DNA of 64,000 nucleotides from a bacterium (lineage in GTDB: Bacteria > SAR324 > XYD2-FULL-50-16). The position numbers were made by a program, and so were the translations under genes. The DNA lies in the NCBI GenBank assembly GCA_032250835.1, contig JAVVEA010000002.1, forward strand, positions 341,881 to 405,880, written 5' to 3'. The notes beneath the pieces are model-generated. The model was not told where the DNA came from and did not search any database. It saw nothing but the letters and a program-made list of their open reading frames with translations. Shown in pieces: positions 40,157-50,471 of the stretch (its first letter is position 1; each line of letters starts with the position of its first letter).

Positions 40157-41179
40157 ATGGCCAACAAAGTACGGATGCTGGTGGTCGACGACTCTCCTCT
40201 GGTCCGCCGCCTCCTGAGCGAGAAACTAGGCAGCGATGAACGGATTGCTGTGATTGGTTCCGCTAAAGATGCTTACGAAGCGCGGGACATGATTGTGGAA
40301 CTTAAGCCCGATGTCATCACGCTGGACATCGAGATGCCGCGGATGAGTGGCCTGGAATTTATTGAAGTGTTGATGAAACACTGGCCTCTGCCGATCATTG
40401 TGGTCAGTAGCCACCTCAAAGACGACCCCAACATGAGTATTAAGGCCCTTGAGGCTGGGGCGGTCGAGGTCTTTCCGCTGCCGAAGGTAAGCGACGAAGC
40501 GGGCTTTAAGGAACTTTGTAACCTAGTGGTTCAGGCCCGTAAGCTCCCCCAGGGGCGTCCCCAATTAGGCAGTGCCGCCTTATTAGAACCCAGGACTCAT
40601 TTGCTGGGGGCTGATCGGGTGATTGTGATCGGTGCTTCTACGGGAGGGACCGAAGCCATCAAAGAGGTCTTGACCCGTTTGCCTGCGGGGATGCCGGGGA
40701 TAGTGATGGTCCAGCATATGCCTGCGGGCTTCACCACCAGTTTTGCCGAACGCCTAAACATGCTGTGCCCCCACCTTGAGGTCAAAGAAGCCCAAAATGG
40801 GGACGAGGTGCGCCCCGGTTTGGCGCTGTTGGCACCGGGCAGTTTTCAGATGTACCTACGCCGCCGCAGCGGAGGGGGGTATTATGTGGAGGTCAAAGAT
40901 GGACCGCTGGTTAACCGGCATAAACCTTCGGTTGACGTGATTTTTGATTCTGCTGCGGAATCGGCGGGGAATAAGGCGGTGGGGGTGATCTTGACCGGTA
41001 TGGGGGCAGACGGGGCCAAGGGGCTGTTGAAGATGCGTCAGGCCGGTGCGCGCACCCTTGCGCAGGACGAAGCAACCTGCGTGGTCTATGGGATGCCCCG
41101 CGAGGCTATGTTGATCGGAGGTGCCGAAAGCGAGGCTCCGTTGCAAGAAATTGCCCGGCGGATCACCGAATTGATCTAA
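40157..41179 (+). CDS. cheB: Chemotaxis response regulator methylesterase CheB
   Basis: REC (LDIEMP) plus GASTGG, QHMP, PSVD, LTGMGADGA, VVYGMP. Confidence 0.95.
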   Translation: MANKVRMLVVDDSPLVRRLLSEKLGSDERIAVIGSAKDAYEARDMIVELKPDVITLDIEMPRMSGLEFIEVLMKHWPLPIIVVSSHLKDDPNMSIKALEAGAVEVFPLPKVSDEAGFKELCNLVVQARKLPQGRPQLGSAALLEPRTHLLGADRVIVIGASTGGTEAIKEVLTRLPAGMPGIVMVQHMPAGFTTSFAERLNMLCPHLEVKEAQNGDEVRPGLALLAPGSFQMYLRRRSGGGYYVEVKDGPLVNRHKPSVDVIFDSAAESAGNKAVGVILTGMGADGAKGLLKMRQAGARTLAQDEATCVVYGMPREAMLIGGAESEAPLQEIARRITELI

Positions 41180-41964
41180 GCGCCCGGCTGTTCTAGCTGG
41201 GCTTCCAATTCCTTTTTCTTGGACCGCGAGACGCTGAAGGGCTGCGCGAGGCCTTTCAGTTTTAATTCGGGATTGCGCCCCTTACCTAGGTCTTCGATGG
41301 CTTCGGGCCGCACCAAGGCAGAGCGGCTGATTTTAAAGAGCTGTCCTTCGGTGGCTGCTTCGTAGTCCACCAAACGACCATAGACCCGTAAGCTTTTGAC
41401 CGCTGCCGCTTCACGGTAGTGTAGCGTTACATAATGGTCTTCTACGCTAACGGCCAACAACTGCTCTAAGGGGATGGTCCGTTGGTTTCCTTGCACTTCC
41501 ACTTGTACCCAGGCCTTTTCTTCTGGTTGCATCGGTGCCGCTACTGGGTCCAAGAGTCCGGCGTAGAGTAAGGCCCCGTGTAAAGCCAGTGAGGCGCAAA
41601 GCAATTGCCCCATCAGTCCGGCCCAGGCGAGTAGGCTTTCGGCCTGGGCCTGGAAGGCGATCATGCTGAAGCTCAAGATCCAGGCGGTACCTAAATAGGC
41701 GGCCTGATCTTTGAGTTGCGGGCCAAAGGGACGGGCCTGCCACTCATGCCAGATAAACCAAGCAAGCCGGTGCCCCAGGGCGGCTTTGAGCAAGAACAAC
41801 AACCCACTAAAGCCGCGTTGCCAGGGCGCTTCGCTGCTGGGCACTTCCAAGCTCAACCAAGCGAAGGCTAAAGCGGCAAAGACGGGCAGCGCCAAAAGGC
41901 TGGCGTCTTTTTGGATCAATTTTCGTGAAATCAGTCGTAATGCGGTCATAGCTATCCTTGGCAT
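41176..41964 (-). CDS. Membrane-anchored LytTR-domain regulator
   Basis: About four TM helices, then LytTR-like V.VEDHYV, ISRSALV, FSVSRS; start uncertain. Confidence 0.75.
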   Translation of the reverse strand: MPRIAMTALRLISRKLIQKDASLLALPVFAALAFAWLSLEVPSSEAPWQRGFSGLLFLLKAALGHRLAWFIWHEWQARPFGPQLKDQAAYLGTAWILSFSMIAFQAQAESLLAWAGLMGQLLCASLALHGALLYAGLLDPVAAPMQPEEKAWVQVEVQGNQRTIPLEQLLAVSVEDHYVTLHYREAAAVKSLRVYGRLVDYEAATEGQLFKISRSALVRPEAIEDLGKGRNPELKLKGLAQPFSVSRSKKKELEAQLEQPGA

Positions 41965-42145
41965 ACCGAGGGCCACCTCGCGAAAGGAGGCCGATTGACG
42001 GGGTATAGAGTCCTTACGCCAACGGCCCAATCCCTTTGGGCTGGGGCTTTAGGATGGTTTTTCCCTGGCCCCCTGGCGTTGCTCGCTCTTGAGAATGCAA
42101 GGGTCTTTCCAGAAGCGGGGACCGGTGGCGAAAAAAAGGAGGGAT

Positions 42146-42620
42146 TTAGGCCAATTGACGCAAGACCTGGGCTTGGTTGGACCGACTCACGCTAAAGGGT
42201 TCGTCGATGCCCACTAAATACAGCAGAAATTTTGGGTTGGTTTCATGCCGCCAGACGGCCCCCAAGTTGACCAGGGAGCTGCGGTTGATCCGCTGCAGAA
42301 AGCCCGAGGTGGCCCGTTCATAATCCTTAAGCGCCCCGTAGATCATCGCGTGACGCAATTCGGAGCCTTCTTGGTACCAAAGGATAAGGTAAGGACCCGC
42401 TACTTGGATCGCCCGTAAATCTAACTTGGGGATCAGCCGGTTATTCTCTTTGAACTCCAGTTGCAGGCTGGCGTTTTACCTGCCGATGCTCCTCCTGCTG
42501 GCCCGCAAAGCGGGGGACTATCCCGGTAGAATACATCAACGCGTGGATCAGCTGAGAGATAGACACCACTTGAAGGCCCATCCAACTTATATTTTGGATG
42601 ATTTGCGGCGTCTGTTCCCC
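42146..42620 (-). pseudogene. Frameshifted paralogue of the LytTR membrane regulator
   Basis: LytTR domain (LQLEFK...INRSSLV...FSVSRS) is open 42475-42146 behind an in-frame TAA; the paralogous TM segment (SWMGLQ..QLIHALMYSTG) is in another frame; 5' limit approximate. Confidence 0.7.
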
Positions 42621-43077
42621 TTTTTGAGGCAGCGAATACCAAGCCACGGAGAGCGGAGACGCCGGTAGAGTAGGCCCGGGGCTTAAAAAAGAAACCAACT
42701 GATCCGGTGGCTTAGCCTGCCCAAAAAGACCATCAGGGCCTAAAAGAAAAATATCGAGCCCAGACCTTCCTGGCCCGGTTGGGCCTTTACCAGTGCCAAT
42801 ACAAGAGCCACCGGGAACGGCAACCTCCGCAGAGCAAGTTATAGCACAACAGAGGCGGTTTAAATGGTTGGGAAAAGGAGGGGTTCTTTGGCGTGGGCAT
42901 CTCATCTATAGGCCTATAGAGGCGGCAAAGATGCGCTGGAAGCTTTTCTAATGATTTGATTTAAATTGGATCAATCAAAATTAGGCCTTACTTGGCCTTT
43001 GGCAAGGCGCCGTTTCTTGGGGTGGGACCGCCAGAAATTGGCTGACCTTGGGCCGCGTGGGGTTTTATTTTCTACCT

Positions 43078-43911
43078 CTAAAGCCCTTCAAGCCGCCCGA
43101 TCAACTGCCCCATGCGTAACTGCTTGCCCGGCTTGAGGTCTAAAGGGGTGAACCGCCCCTTTTCAAAGAGCAGGATCACCGTACTGCCCAATTGGAACTG
43201 GCCAATTTCTTCGCCCTTGTCAAAGGACATGGCCGGAAAGACGGGCAGGTTGATCGCCGTACCCCGGCCTTCGTTGCTGGCCAGATCAGTATAGCGGGTC
43301 TTGATCTTTCCCACCACGGTGGCTCCTACCTTGATCAAACCCACCAAACCACCGGTCGATTCGATGGGGGTGACTAGGCGCTCGTTGACGCTGAAAAGGC
43401 CCGCCACATGGGAGACGCCAAATTTGTTGACCGGCCACAACTGCCCCGAGAAGTAGGCAAAGCGGCTGACCTTGCCGGGGACCGGGCTGTGGATGCGGTG
43501 GTAGTCCGCCGGACTTAGGTAGATGGTCAGGAAATACCCCTGGGCCCATTGGGCGGCCATCTCTTCACCCACCAAGTCGGATAGGCTGTAATAAACGCCC
43601 TTGGTCTGGGTCAAGAGCCCTTCTTTGATCTCCCCAAATTCGGCAATGGTCCCGTCTACCGGACTGACCACGGCATCGCGTTCAGGATGGATCGGGCGGG
43701 CACCGTCTTTTAATTCGCGGGTAAAAAACTCAGTGAAGTTGGCCATCTGCTCTAAGGGACGCTTTACCTCGTCGAGCCGGATCTTATAGGTCTTGGCATA
43801 GATCTTTAGGACCGACAACAACAGGGGCGAAGGTAACTTGGCATCGGCCAAGACGCCCATAAACCGGCTGAGCAGGTTTTTGGGCAACAGTTTGAGCAGT
43901 TGGTAGCGCAT
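43078..43911 (-). CDS. psd: Phosphatidylserine decarboxylase
   Basis: FFTR.LK, SPVDG, YLSPADYHRIH, GATVVG, LGSTV cleavage motif. Confidence 0.95.
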   Translation of the reverse strand: MRYQLLKLLPKNLLSRFMGVLADAKLPSPLLLSVLKIYAKTYKIRLDEVKRPLEQMANFTEFFTRELKDGARPIHPERDAVVSPVDGTIAEFGEIKEGLLTQTKGVYYSLSDLVGEEMAAQWAQGYFLTIYLSPADYHRIHSPVPGKVSRFAYFSGQLWPVNKFGVSHVAGLFSVNERLVTPIESTGGLVGLIKVGATVVGKIKTRYTDLASNEGRGTAINLPVFPAMSFDKGEEIGQFQLGSTVILLFEKGRFTPLDLKPGKQLRMGQLIGRLEGL

Positions 43912-45878
43912 TAGTGGTTTTCCTTGTCGTCCCGATCGGGAGCGTTTTCTTCTTTCTCTTTCGGCGTTTCATCCGGTGTCTCGGTGTCTTCACCCTCGGC
44001 CCGCTGTTGGACTTCGTCGAAAGAGATCGGTCGATCCGGCTTGTCGTCGCCTTCGGTAGTGATCGGTGGAGCTTCCGATTCGGGCTGGGGTGGGGTTTTG
44101 CCGACGAGCGCAAAAAACTGCTCTTGGGTGACCGTTTCGGTTTCCATCAGTTGTTTTGCCAGTTGGTCCAGTTGGTCGCGGTGGTCGGTCAGGATTTGCT
44201 TGGCTACTTGGTAGCTTTGGTCCATCAACTCCTTGACCTCTTGGTCTACCATCTGCTGCACCTCGTCAGAGACGGGGTCTTCTTGGTTATAGTCCATGGC
44301 CAAATAGTTGCCGCTATCGCCCAAGGGCACAGTCAACGCGCCCATGCGCTCGCTCATGCCCCAGAGACAGACCATTTTATAGGCCAAGTCGGTGGCGCCG
44401 TGTAGGTCGTTTTCGACGCCGGTGCTGAAGTCATTAAAGACCAAGTCCTCGGCGGCGCGGCCCCCTAAAGCGACGCGGATTCGGGCGGTCAGGCCCTCTT
44501 TGTCCATCGAGAGCCGGTCCGTATCGGGCAGGTAGGCGGTCATGCCTAGGGCGCGGCCTCGGGGGATCACGGTGATCTTGTGGACCGGGTCGGTTCCTTC
44601 GGTATACACGGCCACCAGGGCGTGTCCTGCTTCGTGGTAGGCGGTAGCTAGTTTTTCTTCTTCGACCATGATCATCGAGCGCCGCTCGGCACCCATCATG
44701 ACCTTGTCACGGGCCCATTCCAAGTCGTCTAATTCCACCTGCTTTTTATTTAACCGGGCGGCGTGCAGCGCTGATTCATTGATCAGGTTAGCCAGCTCGG
44801 CACCGGAAAAACCGGGCGTGCCCTTGGCGATGCTGTCCATCTGAGTGTTCGGGGCCAGCGCGATTTTTTTGGCATGCACCTCTAATATCTGCTTACGGCC
44901 GCGGATGTCGGGCAAGGAGACCACCACTTGGCGGTCAAAGCGGCCCGGCCGGGTCAGGGCGGGGTCTAAGATGTCCACGCGGTTGGTGGCGGCGATGGTG
45001 ATGATCCCTTCGGTGCCGTCAAAACCGTCCATCTCTACCAACAAAGCGTTGAGCGTTTGTTCCCGCTCGTCGTTGCCGCTACCCAATCCGGCCCCGCGGT
45101 GGCGGCCCACCGCGTCGATCTCGTCGATGAAGATGATGCAGGGTTTGTTTTTATAGGCCTCTTCAAAGAGGTCGCGGACCCGGCTGGCACCGACGCCCAC
45201 AAACATTTCGACAAAGTCCGAACCGGAGATGCTAAAGAAAGAAACCCCGGCTTCTCCGGCCACTGCTTTGGCCAGCATGGTCTTACCGGTGCCCGGAGGC
45301 CCGACCATTAAAACGCCCTTAGGGATCTTACCGCCTAAGGTTTGGAACTTCATCGGATCGCGCAGGTACTCGACGATTTCCACCAATTCTTCCTTGGCTT
45401 CTTCAACGCCCGCCACCGAATGGAAACGGATTTCGTTGGTGTCTTCTTCATACTTGCGGGCTTTCGACTTGCCGATCGACATGATTTTTCCGCCCCCGCC
45501 CCCGCCGGGCATGCGGCGCATCATGAAAATCCAAACGCCGACCAATAACAAGAGGGGACCCCACTGCAACAATAAAGCCAGGTACCAGGGGGTGTCGTCT
45601 TCAGACTCGACCTTGATCGAGACTTGATGTGCCCGCAGGCGGTCCAACAAAGTCGGGTCGTAGGTGCCGTTGGTCGAAAAGGCCTTGCCCCCGGTGGTGG
45701 TGCCCTTGATCCGATCGCCGTGCAGGTTCACTGAACCCACTTGCCCCCGGTCGAGGTAGGTCAGAAAATCGCTGTAGGCGATTTCCGTAACCGGTTGGCT
45801 GTTCCAGTTGAAATTGTTAATTATAGAAAAGAACAAAACCAGAATGGCCAGACCGGTTAAGATGGATCTGCTGTTCAC
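43911..45878 (-). CDS. ftsH: ATP-dependent zinc metalloprotease FtsH
   Basis: [29 protein letters not shown]; two N-terminal TM helices. Confidence 0.97.
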   Translation of the reverse strand: MNSRSILTGLAILVLFFSIINNFNWNSQPVTEIAYSDFLTYLDRGQVGSVNLHGDRIKGTTTGGKAFSTNGTYDPTLLDRLRAHQVSIKVESEDDTPWYLALLLQWGPLLLLVGVWIFMMRRMPGGGGGGKIMSIGKSKARKYEEDTNEIRFHSVAGVEEAKEELVEIVEYLRDPMKFQTLGGKIPKGVLMVGPPGTGKTMLAKAVAGEAGVSFFSISGSDFVEMFVGVGASRVRDLFEEAYKNKPCIIFIDEIDAVGRHRGAGLGSGNDEREQTLNALLVEMDGFDGTEGIITIAATNRVDILDPALTRPGRFDRQVVVSLPDIRGRKQILEVHAKKIALAPNTQMDSIAKGTPGFSGAELANLINESALHAARLNKKQVELDDLEWARDKVMMGAERRSMIMVEEEKLATAYHEAGHALVAVYTEGTDPVHKITVIPRGRALGMTAYLPDTDRLSMDKEGLTARIRVALGGRAAEDLVFNDFSTGVENDLHGATDLAYKMVCLWGMSERMGALTVPLGDSGNYLAMDYNQEDPVSDEVQQMVDQEVKELMDQSYQVAKQILTDHRDQLDQLAKQLMETETVTQEQFFALVGKTPPQPESEAPPITTEGDDKPDRPISFDEVQQRAEGEDTETPDETPKEKEENAPDRDDKENH

Positions 45879-45899
45879 GCTAGGGGCTCCAAATTTGGG

Positions 45900-46505
45900 T
45901 TAAGCGTCGATTTTAGAGGAGGCAAGGATAAAATCCCGTGATGTTTGATACAGTTCCTTGTCAATGCGCCCCCGTTCTAGGGAACGCTCTAAAATCTCAA
46001 AGATGTCGATCAAGGCGTGCAGGCGGTATCCCGCCTTTTCTAGGGTTTCGCGCCCGCCCTGTTTTCGGTCGATCAATACGGCCACATCGGTCACTCGCAA
46101 CCCCGCAGATTCAAAAACCGAGAAGCTTTCGAATTTACTCAAGCCGTTGGTGATCAAGTCGTCTAAGATCAAAACGCGCATGCCCCGTTTAAAGACCCCT
46201 TCGATCTGTCGCTTGGTGCCATAACATTTGACCTCCTTGCGTGCGTAGACCATGGGGATGCGGGTTTCATAGCTATAGATGGTGGCCAGCGGCAGCGCCG
46301 TGTAGGGGATGCCGGCCACCAAATCAAATGGCAGCGATTCGGTCATTTGACGGAAGACTTTGACGATGCGCCCCATCAATTCGGGCGCACCGACGATCAT
46401 CCGCAGGTCGATATAAACCGGAGAGATCAGGCCACTCTTTAAGGTAAAGGAGCCAAACTTAACCGCACCTAGGTCGATCAACCCATCGATGATGGCGTCT
46501 TTCAC
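45900..46505 (-). CDS. pyrE: Orotate phosphoribosyltransferase
   Basis: FTLKSG..SP.Y.DLR, RKEVK.YG, ILDDLITNG.S. Confidence 0.92.
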   Translation of the reverse strand: MKDAIIDGLIDLGAVKFGSFTLKSGLISPVYIDLRMIVGAPELMGRIVKVFRQMTESLPFDLVAGIPYTALPLATIYSYETRIPMVYARKEVKCYGTKRQIEGVFKRGMRVLILDDLITNGLSKFESFSVFESAGLRVTDVAVLIDRKQGGRETLEKAGYRLHALIDIFEILERSLERGRIDKELYQTSRDFILASSKIDA

Positions 46506-47389
46506 GCTTGGCCTCCGCGCAGTTTGTCGTACACCTCCTGATAGCGGGCTAGGCTGTGTTGGATCACCTCTTCGGGTAGCGACGGACCGGGGTAAGTTTT
46601 GTCCCAGGTTAATGTCTCTAGGTAGTTACGGATGATCTGTTTGTCATAGCTGGGCTGCTCTTGGCCGGGTTGGTATAGGTCCGCGGGCCAGAAACGAGAC
46701 GAATCGGGGGTTAAAATTTCATCAATCAAGATCACCTCACCGTCCACTAAGCCAAATTCAAATTTGGTGTCGGCGATGATGATGCCCCTTTGGGCGGCGT
46801 AGTCGCGCGCCTTACTGTAGAGATAAAGGGACTTCTCTTTGACTTGGTCTACCAACTCGGGGTCCACCTCTTTTTTGAGGTCCGCCTCGCTGATGTTCAT
46901 GTCGTGCCCTTCGTGGGCTTTGGTGCTGGGCGTGAAGAGCGGTTCTTCCAACTTGGCGGCGTTGACTAAGCCGCTGGGTAGCTCGATGCCGCAGACCTTG
47001 CCGGTCTTTTTGTAGTCCTTATACCCAGAACCCGACAGGTAACCCCGCACGATGGATTCAAACTGAATCATCTCGGTTTTAGTCACCAATACAGCCCGGC
47101 CTTCTAAAATCTCCGCATACTTTTGGCACTCGGCGGGGAAGTCTTTGACCTCTGTGGCCACGATATGATTGGTGATTTGGTCTTTGAAGAAGTCAAACCA
47201 GAAGTTTGAAATCTGGGTCAGCAGGGCCCCCTTACCCGGGATTAGGCTAGGTAAGACCACGTCAAAGGCGCTAATCTGGTCGGTTGCGACCATCAATAGC
47301 TGTTTACCAAAATCATAGACCTCACGCACCTTACCTTTGCGGTAGAGTTTGAGGTCTGGGCAGAGTAGGCTTTGGGGTTGTTGGCTCAT
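46502..47389 (-). CDS. purC: SAICAR synthetase
   Basis: GKVREVY, SAFDV, VRGYLSGS, DTKFEFG, DEILTPDSSRFW. Confidence 0.96.
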   Translation of the reverse strand: MSQQPQSLLCPDLKLYRKGKVREVYDFGKQLLMVATDQISAFDVVLPSLIPGKGALLTQISNFWFDFFKDQITNHIVATEVKDFPAECQKYAEILEGRAVLVTKTEMIQFESIVRGYLSGSGYKDYKKTGKVCGIELPSGLVNAAKLEEPLFTPSTKAHEGHDMNISEADLKKEVDPELVDQVKEKSLYLYSKARDYAAQRGIIIADTKFEFGLVDGEVILIDEILTPDSSRFWPADLYQPGQEQPSYDKQIIRNYLETLTWDKTYPGPSLPEEVIQHSLARYQEVYDKLRGGQA

Positions 47390-47551
47390 CGTTCCAAAAA
47401 GCTGAAGGTTCAGGTTGACGGAAAATCGTCCCAGAGTAACAAGAAATTTGTGTTCTGGCCAGAGCCGAAAGGAGGGAGGTGCCTTGCTTTTCCTTGCCCT
47501 CGGGGGGCTTTTCCATTAGGCTTATAAACGGACCTGTAGCCCTAAAAATAT

Positions 47552-48064
47552 ATGCGATTTTGGATCTGGTTGAGCTTGGCGGTATTTGCCCTGGTTAGTT
47601 GTACCTCTACTGAGGAACTGCGCCTGGGGGCCATGCAGCACTTCAACCGAGGCAACGACCACTTCGCCGCATTAGACTACAAATCGGCCATCGGCGAATA
47701 CCACCAGGCCATCGCCCTGTTTGATGAGCAGCCCGCTTTTTTTTATAATCTGGGCCTGAGTTATTATAATCTGGTGCTTTATGAGCGCGCCGAAAGCGCA
47801 TACCGGCAGGCCTTGAAGCTGGACCCTCGACTGGGCGAGGCATGGTATAATCTCTCTTTGGTGCTCGACAAGCAGGGCAAGAGCGACGAGGCCTTTGTGG
47901 CTTATGACCGCTACCAAAAACTGAATGCAGAAAGAGTCAAAGAGCCCCCCAAACCTAAGCCTCAAGTTGAAATGCTGGGCCAACCCAAGCCCATGGGTAA
48001 TCTACCCCAACGGCCCGAAACTCCGGTCGGTGCCAAGGTTCCTGAGCGCCCCCAAGGCCGTTGA
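47552..48064 (+). CDS. TPR-repeat lipoprotein
   Basis: Lipobox LVSC, YNLG/YNLS TPR repeats, Pro-rich tail. Confidence 0.85.
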   Translation: MRFWIWLSLAVFALVSCTSTEELRLGAMQHFNRGNDHFAALDYKSAIGEYHQAIALFDEQPAFFYNLGLSYYNLVLYERAESAYRQALKLDPRLGEAWYNLSLVLDKQGKSDEAFVAYDRYQKLNAERVKEPPKPKPQVEMLGQPKPMGNLPQRPETPVGAKVPERPQGR

Positions 48065-48148
48065 TCTTTGCCCTACATTCGGCTAATTTGGCCAGCAAAA
48101 GGGCCGAAACCTAAGGCCCCAACCACTTAAAGGCCCCATTAAAAACCT

Positions 48149-49129
48149 ATGAGCAACGCCGACCTCCAAAAGATTTTATCGCCTATCCAGGCCGAACTCC
48201 AGCAGGTGGAAACCTTGGTGATGGCCAACTTGGAGACCGACATCCCCCTGCTCACCGAAGTAGGGCAATACATCCTCAAGGCGGGTGGAAAAAGAGTGCG
48301 CCCGGCGATGTTGCTTTTTGCCGCCGGTTCCTTAGGGGAGATCAATCAGGGCTGTTTTGAGGCCGCCAACATCATCGAATATATCCACACCGCAACCTTG
48401 CTGCATGACGACGTGGTAGACAATGCGGATCTGCGCCGCTCGAAGCAATCGGCCCGCTCGATCTGGGGCAACGAAGCCAGTGTTTTAGTCGGTGACTACC
48501 TCTTTACTGTTTCGTTCCGCGAATTGGCTAAATTGGACCGGATGGAGCTGGTCCATTCGCTTAGCCGCAGCACCACCTTGATGGCCAAGGGCGAAATCCT
48601 ACAACTGATCCGCAGCAACGACAGCGCCACCGAAGCCGACTACCTAGAGATCGTCTTACACAAAACGGCAACGCTAATGGGCTGCGCCATGGAGATGGGG
48701 GCTTTGTTGGCCGGAGGCAGCCCGGAACAGGCCGCCGATTATTACGAGATCGGCAAAAATATCGGCATGGCCTTCCAGATCATTGATGACGCGTTAGATT
48801 ACCGGATGGACGCCACGGATTTGGGCAAAGACCAGGGGATGGACCTGAAGGAACGCAAGATCACCCTGCCCCTAAGCCACCTCCTGCTAGTCGCCGATGA
48901 GGCCCACCAAGAGCAGGTCCTAGACGTGCTGGATGAAGAGGTGATCACCGACGAACATGTGCGCCAGATTGCCGGGCTGGTTGAGCAGTATAAAGTGGTG
49001 GATTACTGTTTGGGTCGGGCCGACGACTATGTGAAACTGGCCCAAAAAGACTTGGCTAAAATGCCCCAGAACCGGTTCACCGAAAGCATCGGCCAGTTGG
49101 CAGGTTATGTGGTCCGGCGGGACCGCTAA
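48149..49129 (+). CDS. ispB: Polyprenyl (octaprenyl-type) diphosphate synthase
   Basis: GGKRVRP, LHDDVVD...RR, KTA, FQIIDDALD. Confidence 0.9.
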   Translation: MSNADLQKILSPIQAELQQVETLVMANLETDIPLLTEVGQYILKAGGKRVRPAMLLFAAGSLGEINQGCFEAANIIEYIHTATLLHDDVVDNADLRRSKQSARSIWGNEASVLVGDYLFTVSFRELAKLDRMELVHSLSRSTTLMAKGEILQLIRSNDSATEADYLEIVLHKTATLMGCAMEMGALLAGGSPEQAADYYEIGKNIGMAFQIIDDALDYRMDATDLGKDQGMDLKERKITLPLSHLLLVADEAHQEQVLDVLDEEVITDEHVRQIAGLVEQYKVVDYCLGRADDYVKLAQKDLAKMPQNRFTESIGQLAGYVVRRDR

Positions 49130-49208
49130 GTCCAGTCTTCCCCTTTCGCCTCGCTTGATTTAGAATCAAGAAAGTGTCGGCATGTACCGGCCTTTCAAAC
49201 CCCCAACT

Positions 49209-50456
49209 ATGCGCTATCTGAAGATCGTCCAATTTTTGTTGATCGTTTTAGTGACGATCAATGGCTGCTCCAAGCAGAACTACGGCATTGAGTCCTTAAA
49301 GGACTCTCCGTTGTCTTCAAAGAATATGTACCTGTTTACACAGGATATAGACGATATTTTTCAAGGCGACATGCTGGCTCGTGAAGGGTTGATCCAGTCG
49401 GCCAAGGAATCGATTGGCTATTTTGGGCGGATTGACCCGGACCGCACCTTTTATTACGGCAAGGTGCCCTATTCGGCGGCCGAGATGGTCGAGTCCACCC
49501 GCCTTTTTTTAGAACTCCTCCAGCAGCACCCCGACCGCGACGACTTTGTCGAGGCCATGCAAGAAAACTTCTTGGTCTTCAGTTCGGCAGCCAACGAGGT
49601 GGAACAAGGGGTTTTGTTTACCGGCTACTATGAGCCCATCTTCCCCGGTCAGTTGACCCGCTCTAAGCAATACAACGTTCCGGTCTACCGGCGGCCTGAC
49701 GATCTTCAGGTCTTAGAACTCGGCGAATTCCGCGACAGTCTCAAACGCCGCACCATTGTTTATCGTACCGACCCACAGGGGCGACCGATCCCCTACCATA
49801 CCCGAGAACAGATTATGGGAGAGGGTATTTTAGGGGGTAAGGGACTAGAAATCGCCTATATGAGTGACCCGGTGGACCTCTTTTTCTTGCAGGTGCAGGG
49901 CTCCGGGATCTTGATGACCCCCGAGGGGGAACGGATCAAAGTGGGCTATGACGGCAGCAACGGACGCCCCTATTCCTCTATCGGACGTTATCTGATCGAC
50001 GAAGGGGCCATGCGGCTCAGCGAGATCAGCATGGGCAGCATCCGCCGCTACATGGCGGACAACCCCAAGTTGCGCGACCGGGTGTTGTACCACAACGAGT
50101 CTTATGTCTTTTTCCGTATCAATCCCGACTCAGGCGGACCTAGGGGCAACATCAACGTACCCTTGACCCCGCTGCGCTCGGTGGCCGTCGATTCGATGGC
50201 CTTCCCGAAGGGTGCATTGGCCTATATTGTCACCGAAGTGCCTGAATTTGACGAAGAATGGCGGCATCAGGGCAATAAACCGGTCAGCCATTTTGTGATG
50301 ATCCAAGACACCGGCGGCGCCATCAAAGGCCCCGCTCGGGTTGATCTCTTCTGGGGTAATGGGGAGTTGGCGGAAAACTCCGCCGGGGCGATGCGCGGCT
50401 TTGGCAAGCTCTATTTCTTCGTGGCCCGCAAAGAGATCCTCAAAGCGCGGATGTAG
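49209..50456 (+). CDS. mltA: Membrane-bound lytic murein transglycosylase A
   Basis: Lipobox INGC, FTGYYEP, LQVQGSG, QDTGGAIKGP.RVDLFWG. Confidence 0.93.
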   Translation: MRYLKIVQFLLIVLVTINGCSKQNYGIESLKDSPLSSKNMYLFTQDIDDIFQGDMLAREGLIQSAKESIGYFGRIDPDRTFYYGKVPYSAAEMVESTRLFLELLQQHPDRDDFVEAMQENFLVFSSAANEVEQGVLFTGYYEPIFPGQLTRSKQYNVPVYRRPDDLQVLELGEFRDSLKRRTIVYRTDPQGRPIPYHTREQIMGEGILGGKGLEIAYMSDPVDLFFLQVQGSGILMTPEGERIKVGYDGSNGRPYSSIGRYLIDEGAMRLSEISMGSIRRYMADNPKLRDRVLYHNESYVFFRINPDSGGPRGNINVPLTPLRSVAVDSMAFPKGALAYIVTEVPEFDEEWRHQGNKPVSHFVMIQDTGGAIKGPARVDLFWGNGELAENSAGAMRGFGKLYFFVARKEILKARM

Positions 50457-50471
50457 CGCCGCACGGTGACC

